From positions 1 to 59,076 of the forward strand of contig SHVJ01000002.1 in assembly GCA_009694295.1 (NCBI GenBank): a stretch of DNA of 59,076 bases, given 5' to 3'. The stretch's first letter is position 1. Each line of letters opens with the position of its first letter. Origin of the DNA: Acidimicrobiia bacterium (GTDB taxonomy: Bacteria > Actinomycetota > Acidimicrobiia > IMCC26256 > PALSA-555). Position numbers and translations under genes: made by a program. A model generated the notes under the pieces. The model was not told the DNA's origin and did not search any database. It saw only the letters and a list, made by a program, of their open reading frames with translations. Of this stretch, positions 19,175-28,523 are shown in pieces.

Positions 19175-20026
19175 GTGGGAGTGCTGAGCATTACGCCGGT
19201 GTCGGGGGCGCTGGGGGCCGAGGTGCTCGGGCTCGACCTCGAGACGATCGACGACGAGGGCTTCGCCGCACTCGAGCAGGCGCTGATCGACCACCTCGTG
19301 GTGTTCATCCCCGACCAGCAGCTGTCGCCCGACGGCCATCGCGACCTCGCGAAGCGGTTTGGCGAGATCGAGATCCACCCGTTCCTCCAGAAGCTGAGCC
19401 CGGACCACCAGGAGATCGTGGTGCTCGACGGCGACGCCGGTGCCCGCGCCGACGTATGGCACACCGATGTGACCTTCAGCGATTCGCCACCCCTGTGCTC
19501 GATCTTGCACATGGTCACGTGTCCCAGTCGCGGTGGCGACACGATGTTCTCGAACCAATACCTCGTGTACGACGCTCTTTCAGAGCCGATGCGCGAGATG
19601 CTCGGCGGCCTCACGGCCGTGCACACCGCGGCCGTCTTCGGACATCCCGAGCACCAAGCGGAGCACCCCGCTGTGCGCGTGCACCCGGTGACTGGACGCT
19701 CGTCGCTCTACGTGAACCGGCAGTTCACGTCGCACTTCCCCCAGCTGCGACGCGGTGAGAGCGACGTGTTGCTCAACCACCTCTTCTCGTTCTCGGAGCA
19801 GCCACAGTTCCAATGTCGCTACCGATGGGCTCCGGGCGGCGTCGGTATCTGGGACAACCGGTGCACCCAGCACTACGCAGTGAACGACTACGACGAATCG
19901 CGCCTGATCCAGCGGATCACGGTGCTCGGCGACCACCCCGAAGGTGGCACGCCGCGCTGGTCACACTGGCAACCCACCACAATGTCGGCCTCCGCCGCCG
20001 GCGAGATGGGCGTCAGCGGCTCCTAG
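19175..20026 (+). CDS. TauD/TfdA-family Fe(II)/2-oxoglutarate dioxygenase
   Basis: WHTDVTF (HxD) ... GGDTMFSNQ ... HPVTGRSSLYVN ... IWDNRCTQHYA is the TauD/AtsK layout. Confidence 0.9.
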   Translation: MGVLSITPVSGALGAEVLGLDLETIDDEGFAALEQALIDHLVVFIPDQQLSPDGHRDLAKRFGEIEIHPFLQKLSPDHQEIVVLDGDAGARADVWHTDVTFSDSPPLCSILHMVTCPSRGGDTMFSNQYLVYDALSEPMREMLGGLTAVHTAAVFGHPEHQAEHPAVRVHPVTGRSSLYVNRQFTSHFPQLRRGESDVLLNHLFSFSEQPQFQCRYRWAPGGVGIWDNRCTQHYAVNDYDESRLIQRITVLGDHPEGGTPRWSHWQPTTMSASAAGEMGVSGS

Positions 20027-20109
20027 AGGCGAACGGCCGCGGGCCGGGTATCCCGGCACGCAGTGAGCCGTGGCCCGAGCGGCCCGGCGCGCAGCGCCGA
20101 GAGCGGAAA

Positions 20110-20883
20110 TTAGGAGCGACGGTCGGCGAGGAAGGGGAACTTCGTGCGCACCTCGGTAACGCGCGCGGGATCGACGTCGGCGATCAACACGGCTTCTTCG
20201 CCGCCCAGTACAGCAGGTGATTCGGCCAGTACCTCGCCGAGCGGATCGACGATGCGGCTGTCGCCGACATAGTCGAGTCCGCCCCCCTGCCCGACCCGGT
20301 TCACGCCGACCACGTAGGCCTGGTTCTCGATCGCCCGGGCCACGAGCAACGCACGCCAGTGTTCGCGTCGACTTTCGGGCCAGTTCGCCACGACGAGGTA
20401 GCAGTCGGTGTCGTGAGCCAGCGCCCAGAACTCGTCAGCGAAGCGCAGGTCGTAACAGACGAACAAGCTGACGCGCACACCTTCCACATCGACGGTCACG
20501 TGCACATCCCCCGCCGCGAAGCGTTCGTGCTCACGCGCGTAGCTGAATGGGTGGATCTTGGCGTAGCGGTGCGTCGTGCCATCCGGGCCGGCGACCACCA
20601 GCCGGTTGAACGGGAGCGCCTGGCCCTCCGGTCGCTCCGGGAGCGAAGCGGCCATCCACACGCCGTGCCGTTGGGCTTGGTCCACGAGGAAGCGCGTGCT
20701 CGGCCCGTCGACGGGCTCGGCGATCGACTCGGTGTCCATCGAGAACCCAGTCGAGAACATCTCGGTGAGCACGACCAGGCGCGCGCCCTCGGCCACGGCC
20801 TGCTCGATCATCGGCTCGACGTGCACGAATGTCGCCGCGGGGTCCTCCCACACGATGTCGTGCTGGATCGCCGCAACCTTCAT
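20110..20883 (-). CDS. carbon-nitrogen hydrolase (nitrilase superfamily, omega-amidase-like)
   Basis: MKVAAIQ ... VVLTEMFSTGF (Glu) ... RYAKIHPF (Lys) ... LFVCYDLRF (Cys) form the catalytic triad. Its ATG overlaps the aminotransferase stop (ATGA). Confidence 0.9.
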   Translation of the reverse strand: MKVAAIQHDIVWEDPAATFVHVEPMIEQAVAEGARLVVLTEMFSTGFSMDTESIAEPVDGPSTRFLVDQAQRHGVWMAASLPERPEGQALPFNRLVVAGPDGTTHRYAKIHPFSYAREHERFAAGDVHVTVDVEGVRVSLFVCYDLRFADEFWALAHDTDCYLVVANWPESRREHWRALLVARAIENQAYVVGVNRVGQGGGLDYVGDSRIVDPLGEVLAESPAVLGGEEAVLIADVDPARVTEVRTKFPFLADRRS

Positions 20884-22046
20884 GTTCGCAAAGCCTTCAT
20901 GCGGGTGACCGCCTCGGCGAGCACTTCCATGCGCTTGCAGAACGCGAAGCGAACGAGTGGGCGGCCCTCGTCGATGTCGTCGTAGAACACGACATTCGGA
21001 ATGGCTACGACGCCGCAGCGCTCGGGGAGATCGAGACAGAACGCGGTGCCGTCGGCGGTACCGAGCGGACGGATGTCGACGGTCACGAAGTACGTCCCCG
21101 ACGGTTCGAAGACCTCGAAGCCGACATCGGCGAGTCCTGTACACAGCAGGTCGCGCTTGAGGCGCAAGTCGTCGGTGAACGCGGAGTAGTACGAGTCGTC
21201 GAGCAGGAGTGCGCCAGCGATCGCGTGCTGGAACGGCGCCCCCGTCGCGTAGGTGAGGTACTGCTTCACCACCCGCACTGCGGCGACGAGCCCGGGCGCG
21301 GCGCACACCCAGCCGATCTTCCATCCGGTGAACGAGAACGTCTTGCCGGCCGACGAGATCGTGACCGTGCGCTCACGCATGCCTGGGAGGGATGCCAACG
21401 GGATGTGCTCGCCATCGAACACGAGGTGCTCGTACACCTCGTCGGTGATCGCCAAGAGATCGTGCTCAACGCAGATCTCCGCGATCAGCTCGAGCTCCGC
21501 GCGATCGAACACCTTGCCCGTCGGGTTGTGCGGAGAGTTGAGGAGCACCAGGCGGGTCTTCGGCGTGATCGCGGCACGCAGGGCATCGGGATCGAAGCCG
21601 TAGTCGGGCGCGCGCAACGTGACGACGCGCCGATGTGCCCCGGCCATCGCTATGCACGCTGCATACGAGTCGTAGTACGGCTCGAACGTCACGACCTCGT
21701 CGCCGTCGTCACACAGCGCAAGCAGACTCGCGGCGATGGCCTCGGTTGCTCCCGTCGTGACGAGGATCTCGGTATCGGGGTCGTAGGTGAGGCCGTAGAA
21801 CCGCTGTTGGTGCTCGGCGATCGAGCGCCGCAGCTCGGCGATGCCGAGCCCGGGCGGGTACTGGTTGTGCCCGGCGCGAATGGCGGCGATGGCGGCTTCG
21901 GCCACTTCCATCGGGCCGTCGGTGTCGGGAAACCCTTGTCCCAGGTTGATCGACGCCGTGCGGTCAGCGAGCGCGGACATCTCCGCGAAGATGGTTGCAC
22001 CGAGCCCGTGCAACCGCGATGTGAGGTAACGATCGGCGTCAGCCAC
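20880..22046 (-). CDS. class I/II aminotransferase (YbdL / kynurenine-glutamine transaminase-like)
   Basis: INLGQGFPD ... YPPGLGIAELR ... LNSPHNPTGKVF ... SSAGKTFSFTGWKIGW. GTG start chosen at 22044-22046. Confidence 0.88.
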   Translation of the reverse strand: MADADRYLTSRLHGLGATIFAEMSALADRTASINLGQGFPDTDGPMEVAEAAIAAIRAGHNQYPPGLGIAELRRSIAEHQQRFYGLTYDPDTEILVTTGATEAIAASLLALCDDGDEVVTFEPYYDSYAACIAMAGAHRRVVTLRAPDYGFDPDALRAAITPKTRLVLLNSPHNPTGKVFDRAELELIAEICVEHDLLAITDEVYEHLVFDGEHIPLASLPGMRERTVTISSAGKTFSFTGWKIGWVCAAPGLVAAVRVVKQYLTYATGAPFQHAIAGALLLDDSYYSAFTDDLRLKRDLLCTGLADVGFEVFEPSGTYFVTVDIRPLGTADGTAFCLDLPERCGVVAIPNVVFYDDIDEGRPLVRFAFCKRMEVLAEAVTRMKALRT

Positions 22047-22079
22047 CGATCCGAGCCTAGAACCCGAACGAGGAAGCTC

Positions 22080-23309
22080 TTGAGCGAGTCGCACCAGCCC
22101 CCATCGCAACCATTCGACAGCCGAGAAGCGACACTGCGCTCGTACGCGGACCACATCTCGCGGGGCAAGGTCGAGATCTTCGGCGAGCTCGGTGTGGATC
22201 TCGTCCTTGGGCGGCGTGAGGGACCGTTCTTCTGGGATGCCTTCGACGGGCGCCGGTTCTACAACTGTCACTGCAACGGCGGCGTCTTCAACCTCGGGCA
22301 CCGCAACCCCACGATCGTGGCCGCGCTGCGCGACGCCCTCGACCACGTCGACGTCGGCAACCACCACCTCGTCTCCGGATGGAAGGCCGAGCTCGGTCGA
22401 CGACTCTCGGCCACGACCGGCGACCGACTCCCTGGTGTCGTGCTCTCACCATCCGGCTCCGAAGCGGTCGACGTTGCCATCAAGACCGCAGTTGCCGTGA
22501 GCGGGCGGCGCACGATCGTGTCGGCGGAAGGTGCGTATCACGGCCACACCGGGTTGGCCGCGAGCGCGGCTGACGCCCGATACCACGAGCCGTACGGGCT
22601 CCAGCTCCCCGGGTTCGCGCACGTGCCCTGGAACGACCTCGCCGCGATGGATGCGGTGATCGCCGACGACACCGCGCTCGTGCTGCTCGAAACAGTTCCG
22701 GCGACGCTCGGCATGCCGCTTCCCGATGACAGATATCTGGCCGGTGTGCAACAGCTGTGTCGCGACCGCGGCGCAGTCTTCGCGCTCGACGAAGTGCAGA
22801 CGGGGCTCGGGCGGTCGGGGCGCATGTGGTGCTTCGAGCACGACGGCGTCGAGCCCGACATCGTCGTCACCGGGAAGGGGCTCGGTGGTGGTCTGTACCC
22901 GATGGCGGCAACGCTCATGACTCCGACCGTGCACCGCTTCTACGACGACGAGCCGTTCGTGCACGTGTCGTCGTACGGCGGCTCCGACCTCGGGTGTGTC
23001 GTCTCTTTGGCTGTGCTCGACATCATCGAGGCACCGGGATTCTTGGAGCGCGTCGAAGCGGTCGGCCTCCGACTCGAGAAGGAACTTGCGCCGCTCCCGT
23101 GCGAGGTGCGGCGGCGCGGCTTGTTCATGGGCCTCAAGTGGCCCGATGAGAATGCGGGGGTGCTGGCCGCCAAGGCGTGCATCGACGCGGGCGTGTTCGC
23201 GATCTTCGCAAACAACGACACCTCCGCGCTCCAACTTCTCCCTCCCCTCACACTCGACGACGACCAGGTCGACGAGCTCGCCGAGCTGCTGGTGAGTGCA
23301 TTGGGATGA
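22080..23309 (+). CDS. class III aminotransferase family protein
   Basis: FYNCHCNGGVFNLGHRNP ... SPSGSEAVD ... FALDEVQTGLGRSGRMW ... VVTGKGLGGGLYPM carries the PLP lysine. TTG start at 22080 after AGGAAG. The ORF-track N-terminal extension is antisense to the neighbouring gene. Confidence 0.85.
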   Translation: MSESHQPPSQPFDSREATLRSYADHISRGKVEIFGELGVDLVLGRREGPFFWDAFDGRRFYNCHCNGGVFNLGHRNPTIVAALRDALDHVDVGNHHLVSGWKAELGRRLSATTGDRLPGVVLSPSGSEAVDVAIKTAVAVSGRRTIVSAEGAYHGHTGLAASAADARYHEPYGLQLPGFAHVPWNDLAAMDAVIADDTALVLLETVPATLGMPLPDDRYLAGVQQLCRDRGAVFALDEVQTGLGRSGRMWCFEHDGVEPDIVVTGKGLGGGLYPMAATLMTPTVHRFYDDEPFVHVSSYGGSDLGCVVSLAVLDIIEAPGFLERVEAVGLRLEKELAPLPCEVRRRGLFMGLKWPDENAGVLAAKACIDAGVFAIFANNDTSALQLLPPLTLDDDQVDELAELLVSALG

Positions 23310-23319
23310 TGACTCCGGA

Positions 23320-24210
23320 ATGACGACGCTCGCCGACTTCGCGCCTCTGGAACACCTGGTTGAGCACGCGCTCGCGTCTGGCGACGAGACCGCCCTCCAC
23401 GTGCTCGGGTACGGCGAGATCACGTCGGTGCTTGCGTGGCCGAACGCCGACGGCCCGTGGGCGTGCAAGCGACTCCCGGTCTTCGACAGAGCGGACCGTC
23501 TCGCCGATTTTCGGGCGCAGTTCGGCCATTACGTCGCGACGCTTCAGAGCGAAGGCGTGCAGATCCACGAAAGCCGCATCGAGATCGTCCCAACGGACGA
23601 CGGGACCGTGGCCTACATCGTGCAGCCGACACTGGAGCCGAGCGCCCTCGGCCCGGCAGTGCTTCGCGGCTCGTCCGAGACTGATGGCCGCGCTCTGCTC
23701 AGCGCCATCATCGACCACATCGCCACAGTGGTATCCCCGGTTGTGGGTCTGGATGCGCAGCTCGCGAACTGGGGACTGGTCGACGACGAACTCGTGTACT
23801 TCGACATCTCAACACCGATGTTGCGCGACGAACACGGCCACGATCTTCTCGATACCGAGCTCTTCATGTCGTCTCTCCCGCCATTCCTGCGACCCGTCGT
23901 GCGGAAGTTCCTGCTCGGATCCATCCTCGACCAGTTCTTCGAGCCACGCGCCGCTGCGCTCGATCTTGCAGCCAACCTCTACAAGGAACGACTCGGCGAG
24001 TGGGTGCCGACCGTGTTCGAACTCGCGAATGAACGCCTGCGGCTCGACCGCGCGCTCACGGTCGATGAAGCCAAGCGTTACTACCGGCGGGATATGCGCG
24101 TATGGGGGATGTTGCAGACGATGCGCCGGGTCGATCGCAGCTGGCAGCAAAAGATCCGCCGCCGCCCCTACCGGTTCCTGCTCCCCGGTCGCATCAACCG
24201 CCGCCTCTAA
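23320..24210 (+). CDS. hypothetical protein, possibly protein-kinase-like fold
   Basis: It has a Gly-rich-loop-like VLGYGEITSVL, a catalytic-loop-like LDAQLANWGL and VYFDISTP (DFG-like). These are my own pattern readings. ATG at 23320, just after the upstream stop. Confidence 0.5.
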   Translation: MTTLADFAPLEHLVEHALASGDETALHVLGYGEITSVLAWPNADGPWACKRLPVFDRADRLADFRAQFGHYVATLQSEGVQIHESRIEIVPTDDGTVAYIVQPTLEPSALGPAVLRGSSETDGRALLSAIIDHIATVVSPVVGLDAQLANWGLVDDELVYFDISTPMLRDEHGHDLLDTELFMSSLPPFLRPVVRKFLLGSILDQFFEPRAAALDLAANLYKERLGEWVPTVFELANERLRLDRALTVDEAKRYYRRDMRVWGMLQTMRRVDRSWQQKIRRRPYRFLLPGRINRRL

Positions 24211-24228
24211 CCCCTCTTTGGTACGGCA

Positions 24229-25554
24229 CTAGCTCCTAGCGCTGGCGCGGACCGCGGCGCCGGTCATCTTTTTGAATGTTGCGACATCACGGTCGTCGGC
24301 GAGTCGCCCCACATGGGTGACGGTGTCGACGTCGGTGGCCTCGGCGCGCAGCGCAGCAGTCGTGCACTGCTCCCGCGGTCGGATCGAGAATGGGTCGAAG
24401 TGGTAGTTCCGCATCGCGTTCTCGTGCGTGATCTTGTTCACCGTCGCATCGTCGAGCCCGGCAAGCAGTTCGGACACGCGTTCCGGAGCTTCGGGCCACA
24501 CGCTGTCGGAGTGCGGGTAGTCGGATTCCCACGACACATTGTCGATATTGAAGTGGTCGAGCAGTTCCACTCCTACGGCGTCATTGATGAAGCAGCACAG
24601 GATGCGCTCTCGGAACAGCTCGGTCGGGCTCAGGCCTTGTGCCGACTTGTGCCCCATCCACGGGTTGTGGCGGTCGAGCGTGTGCTCGGCGCGCTGGAGG
24701 AAGTACGGGATCCACCCGATGTCGCCTTCCGTGAGCGCGAACCGCAACTTTGGAAAGCGGTGCCAGAAGTCGGCCCACAACAGGTCGCCGAGCGTGTAGA
24801 TCGTCATCGTCGACGAGAGGCTCATCGGAACCGGCGGTGGCGCGTCAACCGTCGTCGACGCGCTCTTCGACGACGAACCCACGTGGCAGCACAGCACCGT
24901 GCCCTCATCGCTGCATGCCGCAAAGAGCGGATCCCACGCATCGGTGTGGATGCTCGGCATGCCGAGCCCAGTGGGGTTTTCCGAGAAGGTGATCGCGTGA
25001 CAGCCCTTCTCCGCGAGTCGGCGAACTTCTCTCGCGCCTTCTTCGGCATCGAACAGCGGCACGATCCCGCACGGGATGAAGCGCTCGGGATATGCGCTGC
25101 ACCACTCGTCGACGTGCCAGTCGTTGTACGCCTTGATCATCACGAGGTTGACGTCGCGGTCAGGGCCGAGGTTCAGCACCTGCCCGGAGAAGCCGGTCCA
25201 GTTCGGGAAGTTGAGGCCGGCGAGCTGCCCGCCTGCCGACATGTCGCGCACCCGCTCGTGCACGTCGTAGCAACCCGGGCGCATGTCCTCGTAGCGGTTC
25301 GGGTTGACGTTGAACATCTCGCGCGGCTTGCCAGCGACCGCGTTCAACCCGAGGTTCCGACCCCGGACCTCGCCGTAGTACCACTGCTGCGAACCGTCGG
25401 CTTCGTCGACCACGCGGGGCGTGTGCTCGCGGTACTTGGCGGGAACGTGACCCTCGAACATATCGGCGGGCTCACAGATGTGGTCGTCGACCGAGATGAG
25501 GACGAGGTCTTCGGCGCGCACCGAGGTGGACGGTACCGGCTCCTGAACCCCCAT
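24229..25554 (-). CDS. amidohydrolase_2 family protein (paralogue 2 of 4)
   Basis: LISVDDHICEPADMF ... CCHVGSS ... WESDYPHSDSVWP. Internal ATG (MGVQEP) chosen. Confidence 0.85.
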   Translation of the reverse strand: MGVQEPVPSTSVRAEDLVLISVDDHICEPADMFEGHVPAKYREHTPRVVDEADGSQQWYYGEVRGRNLGLNAVAGKPREMFNVNPNRYEDMRPGCYDVHERVRDMSAGGQLAGLNFPNWTGFSGQVLNLGPDRDVNLVMIKAYNDWHVDEWCSAYPERFIPCGIVPLFDAEEGAREVRRLAEKGCHAITFSENPTGLGMPSIHTDAWDPLFAACSDEGTVLCCHVGSSSKSASTTVDAPPPVPMSLSSTMTIYTLGDLLWADFWHRFPKLRFALTEGDIGWIPYFLQRAEHTLDRHNPWMGHKSAQGLSPTELFRERILCCFINDAVGVELLDHFNIDNVSWESDYPHSDSVWPEAPERVSELLAGLDDATVNKITHENAMRNYHFDPFSIRPREQCTTAALRAEATDVDTVTHVGRLADDRDVATFKKMTGAAVRASARS

Positions 25555-25621
25555 ACAACGGCGGTCGTACAAGGGCGTGGCGTTCAATGTGCGCCGATCG
25601 AAGTGCGGTAGTTTCGGTTCA

Positions 25622-26446
25622 GTGAGTGACGCGTCGTACGACCCGGTATCAGGGATCGACGCCGCGCTCGTCGACGGCGTGCTGCGGGTCACCCTCGACC
25701 GACCCAAGCGCCGCAACGCGATCGACGACGACATGGCCGCGGCACTCATCGCCTACCTCGAGACGGCGCAGAACGACGAGGCGGTGCGCTGCATCCGGAT
25801 CTCGGGCGCGGGGGACGACTTCTGCTCGGGCTTCGACCTGGCCACCCGAAGTGGTGGCAGTGGTTCCGGCGAGGAACGACCGCGAGTCGGTTCGATCCAA
25901 CGCCGACTTCCGGGCCAAGCACACCGGCTGTTGCCGCTCATGCTCGACACGCAGGTCCCGATCGTGTGTGCAGTCCGCGGCTGGGCGGCCGGTCTCGGGC
26001 TCCATGTGGCGCTCGGCGCCGACTTCTGCGTGGTCGCGAACAACGCGCGCATCTGGGAGCCGTTCGCCAAGCGCGGCTTCACGCCAGACAGCGGCGGCAC
26101 CTGGCTGATCCCCCGCCTCATCGGCGTGGCGCGAGCCAAGGAGCTGCTCATGCTCGGCCGCGAGCTCTCGGGCGCGGAAGCCGCCGACTGGGGTCTCGTG
26201 TACCGCGCGGTCGAGCCGAATGAGGTCGATGCCGCGGCCGACGAGGTCGTCGCGCAGCTCGCGAGCGGACCAACCGTCGCGCTCGGGCTCACAAAGTGGC
26301 TCGTGCACCGCGGCACCGCCAAGGTGTTCGACGAGCATCTCGCCGACGAAGCGTTCGCGATGGAGCTGTCGTCGCGGACCGACGACTTCAAGGAAGGGAT
26401 CGCCGCGATGATGGAGAAGCGTGATCCCCGCTTCTCCGGGCGATGA
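25622..26446 (+). CDS. enoyl-CoA hydratase/isomerase (crotonase) family
   Basis: LDRPKRRNAID ... GAGDDFCSGFDL ... VRGWAAGLGLHVAL ... DFKEGIAAMMEKRDPRF. The start is uncertain (GTG at 25622 or 25577). Confidence 0.85.
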   Translation: MSDASYDPVSGIDAALVDGVLRVTLDRPKRRNAIDDDMAAALIAYLETAQNDEAVRCIRISGAGDDFCSGFDLATRSGGSGSGEERPRVGSIQRRLPGQAHRLLPLMLDTQVPIVCAVRGWAAGLGLHVALGADFCVVANNARIWEPFAKRGFTPDSGGTWLIPRLIGVARAKELLMLGRELSGAEAADWGLVYRAVEPNEVDAAADEVVAQLASGPTVALGLTKWLVHRGTAKVFDEHLADEAFAMELSSRTDDFKEGIAAMMEKRDPRFSGR

Positions 26447-27702
26447 GCGAGACGCTCAAGATCGACGCAGCTGCCAGCGCCGATGACGCCGTCGGCACGG
26501 TGCGGGAATGGGTACATGAGCACGTGCCGGCCGCGTGGCGCGAAGCCGGCGAACGAGGTGGAGCTACCGCGATCCGGGCCGTGCGGACGCGTGAGGAGTA
26601 CGCCGAGTGGTACCCGGTGTTCGGTTCGTCTGGACTCGTCGTACCAACATGGCCCGCCGCGTACGGCGGGCTCGACGTCTCGCTCGACGTCGCGCGCGCG
26701 ATCGACGGCGAGCTCGCGCCCTACAACCTCGGACGGTTGAATCCGCTCGGACTCAACTTGTGTGCACCGGCACTGTTCGCGCACGGCACCGACGACCAGC
26801 GCTTGCGGTTCCTGCCACCCATCGTGCGCAACGAGGAGCGGTGGTGCCAGCTGTTCAGCGAACCGGGCGCGGGGTCCGACCTCGCATCGCTCGCCACCCG
26901 CGCCGAGCGCGACGGCGACGAGTGGTCGATCACCGGGCAGAAGGTGTGGACCACATGGGCGCACCAGTCGGAGTACGCGGTGCTCCTGGCCCGCACCGAC
27001 ACCAGCGTGTCGAAGCGCAAGGGCATCACGTACTTCTTGATGAAGCTCGATCAGCCCGGCGTCGACATCCGCCCGCTGCGCCACATCACGGGCGAAGCCG
27101 ACTTCAACGAGGTTTTCCTCGACGGCGCACGCGTGCCCGACATCCAGCGTGTCGGTGAGGTCGGTGACGGTTGGCGCGTCGCCAACGCCACGCTCTCGTC
27201 GGAGCGGCAGATGGTCGCCGGCGCGGGCTCGGGCGGCGTCGATCGCATCGGTGGTCTCGGGGTGGATCACGCGCTCGATCTCGCCGTCAAGCGCGGGCGA
27301 TCGGTGGAGCCGGTCCTCCGTCAGCGACTCGTTGCGCTCTACTCCGAGGAGCGCATCCGGGGTTGGACCAACGAGCGCGCCCGGGCGGACCGCGCGACGG
27401 GTCGTCCACCGGGGCCGGAGAGCAGCGTCGGCAAGATCCACAGCGGCGAGGTCAACCAACGCCTCCAAGTGCTCGCGACCGATCTGCTCGGCGCCGACGC
27501 CTTGGCGTGGGAGAGCGGCGCCGACAACTACGACGCGTCGCTCCCCCACGAAGTGCACGGCATGTTGCGCAGCCGCGCCAACACCATCGAGGGTGGCACC
27601 AGCGAGGTTAACCGCAACATCGTTGGTGAGCGCGTGCTCGGCCTCCCCCGCGAGCCCGACCCTTGGAAGGACGCGCCCTGGGGCGACGTCCCCCGCTCAT
27701 GA
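26443..27702 (+). CDS. acyl-CoA dehydrogenase
   Basis: WCQLFSEPGAGSDLASL ... ITGQKVWTTWAH ... GDGWRVANATLSSER ... SRANTIEGGTSEVNRNIVGERVLGLP. Confidence 0.9.
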   Translation: MSETLKIDAAASADDAVGTVREWVHEHVPAAWREAGERGGATAIRAVRTREEYAEWYPVFGSSGLVVPTWPAAYGGLDVSLDVARAIDGELAPYNLGRLNPLGLNLCAPALFAHGTDDQRLRFLPPIVRNEERWCQLFSEPGAGSDLASLATRAERDGDEWSITGQKVWTTWAHQSEYAVLLARTDTSVSKRKGITYFLMKLDQPGVDIRPLRHITGEADFNEVFLDGARVPDIQRVGEVGDGWRVANATLSSERQMVAGAGSGGVDRIGGLGVDHALDLAVKRGRSVEPVLRQRLVALYSEERIRGWTNERARADRATGRPPGPESSVGKIHSGEVNQRLQVLATDLLGADALAWESGADNYDASLPHEVHGMLRSRANTIEGGTSEVNRNIVGERVLGLPREPDPWKDAPWGDVPRS

Positions 27703-28523
27703 GCTACGAGCGCCTGAAGTATGAACGCCTGAAGGTCGAGCGACGCGGCGCGGTCGGCTGGATCATCTTCGATCGGCCCGACGCCGGCAACGCGATGGAC
27801 GCGGTGATGTTCGACGAGCTGGAGCGCGCATGGCATGAGCTCGACGACGACCCCGACGTCCGGGTGATCGTGAACACCGGAGAAGGTCGCGCCTTTCAGA
27901 CCGGGGTCGACGTTGCTCAGGTGGCCAAGGATCGCGACGCGCTGCGTGAGCATTCCCGTCGCACCCGCGACGCCACGTTGCAGTTCACCGCTTGGCACTG
28001 CCAGGTGTGGAAACCGGTGATCGCGGCGGTCAACGGCGTGTGCGCCGGGGGCGGGCTCCACTTCGTGGCCGACGCCGACATCGTGATCGCCTCGTCGAAC
28101 GCCACGTTCCTCGACCCGCACGTGTCGGTTGGTCAGGTCGTGGCGTACGAGGGCATAGCGCTCATACGCAAGTCGCCGATGGAGCCGATCGTGCGGATGG
28201 CGTTGGTCGGCCGTCACGAACGGATGGACGCGACTCGCGCGCACCAGCTCGGGATCATCAGCGAAGTCGTCGATCCACCAGAAGCGCTGCGCGAGCACGC
28301 ACAGGCACTCGCCGAGAAGATCGCCCGCAACTCGCCCGCAGCGATGGCCGCCACGAAGCGCGCCTTGTGGGGTGCACTCGAGCACGGTCTCACCGACGCG
28401 TGTCACGCCGGATCGCAGCAGCTCGTGTCGATGTGGGGTCACCCCGACCAAGAGGAAGGCCCGCTCGCGTTCGCCGAGAAGCGTGAAGCAGCATGGGCGC
28501 GAACTGGGAGCAGTGAGGCGTGA
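27699..28523 (+). CDS. enoyl-CoA hydratase family protein (tandem paralogue A)
   Basis: TGEGRAFQTGVDV ... AAVNGVCAGGGLHF ... its ATG overlaps the ACAD stop (ATGA). It is about two-thirds identical by eye to the next gene. Confidence 0.9.
   Translation: MSYERLKYERLKVERRGAVGWIIFDRPDAGNAMDAVMFDELERAWHELDDDPDVRVIVNTGEGRAFQTGVDVAQVAKDRDALREHSRRTRDATLQFTAWHCQVWKPVIAAVNGVCAGGGLHFVADADIVIASSNATFLDPHVSVGQVVAYEGIALIRKSPMEPIVRMALVGRHERMDATRAHQLGIISEVVDPPEALREHAQALAEKIARNSPAAMAATKRALWGALEHGLTDACHAGSQQLVSMWGHPDQEEGPLAFAEKREAAWARTGSSEA

Noticed and set aside
19168-19175. CTAGAACG immediately upstream of two plus-strand GTG starts (also at 49182-49189), resembling half of the KstR operator TnnAACnnGTTnnA.
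   Set aside because: Only one half-site is present at either locus; the expected GTT half is missing. Two occurrences of an 8-mer are not enough to call a regulon motif.
20043-20057. Hairpin GCCGGG-TAT-CCCGGC between the convergent TauD and nitrilase genes, considered as a terminator.
   Set aside because: It has a 6-bp stem and no U-tract, and such GC palindromes are expected by chance in this composition. It was not reported as a feature.
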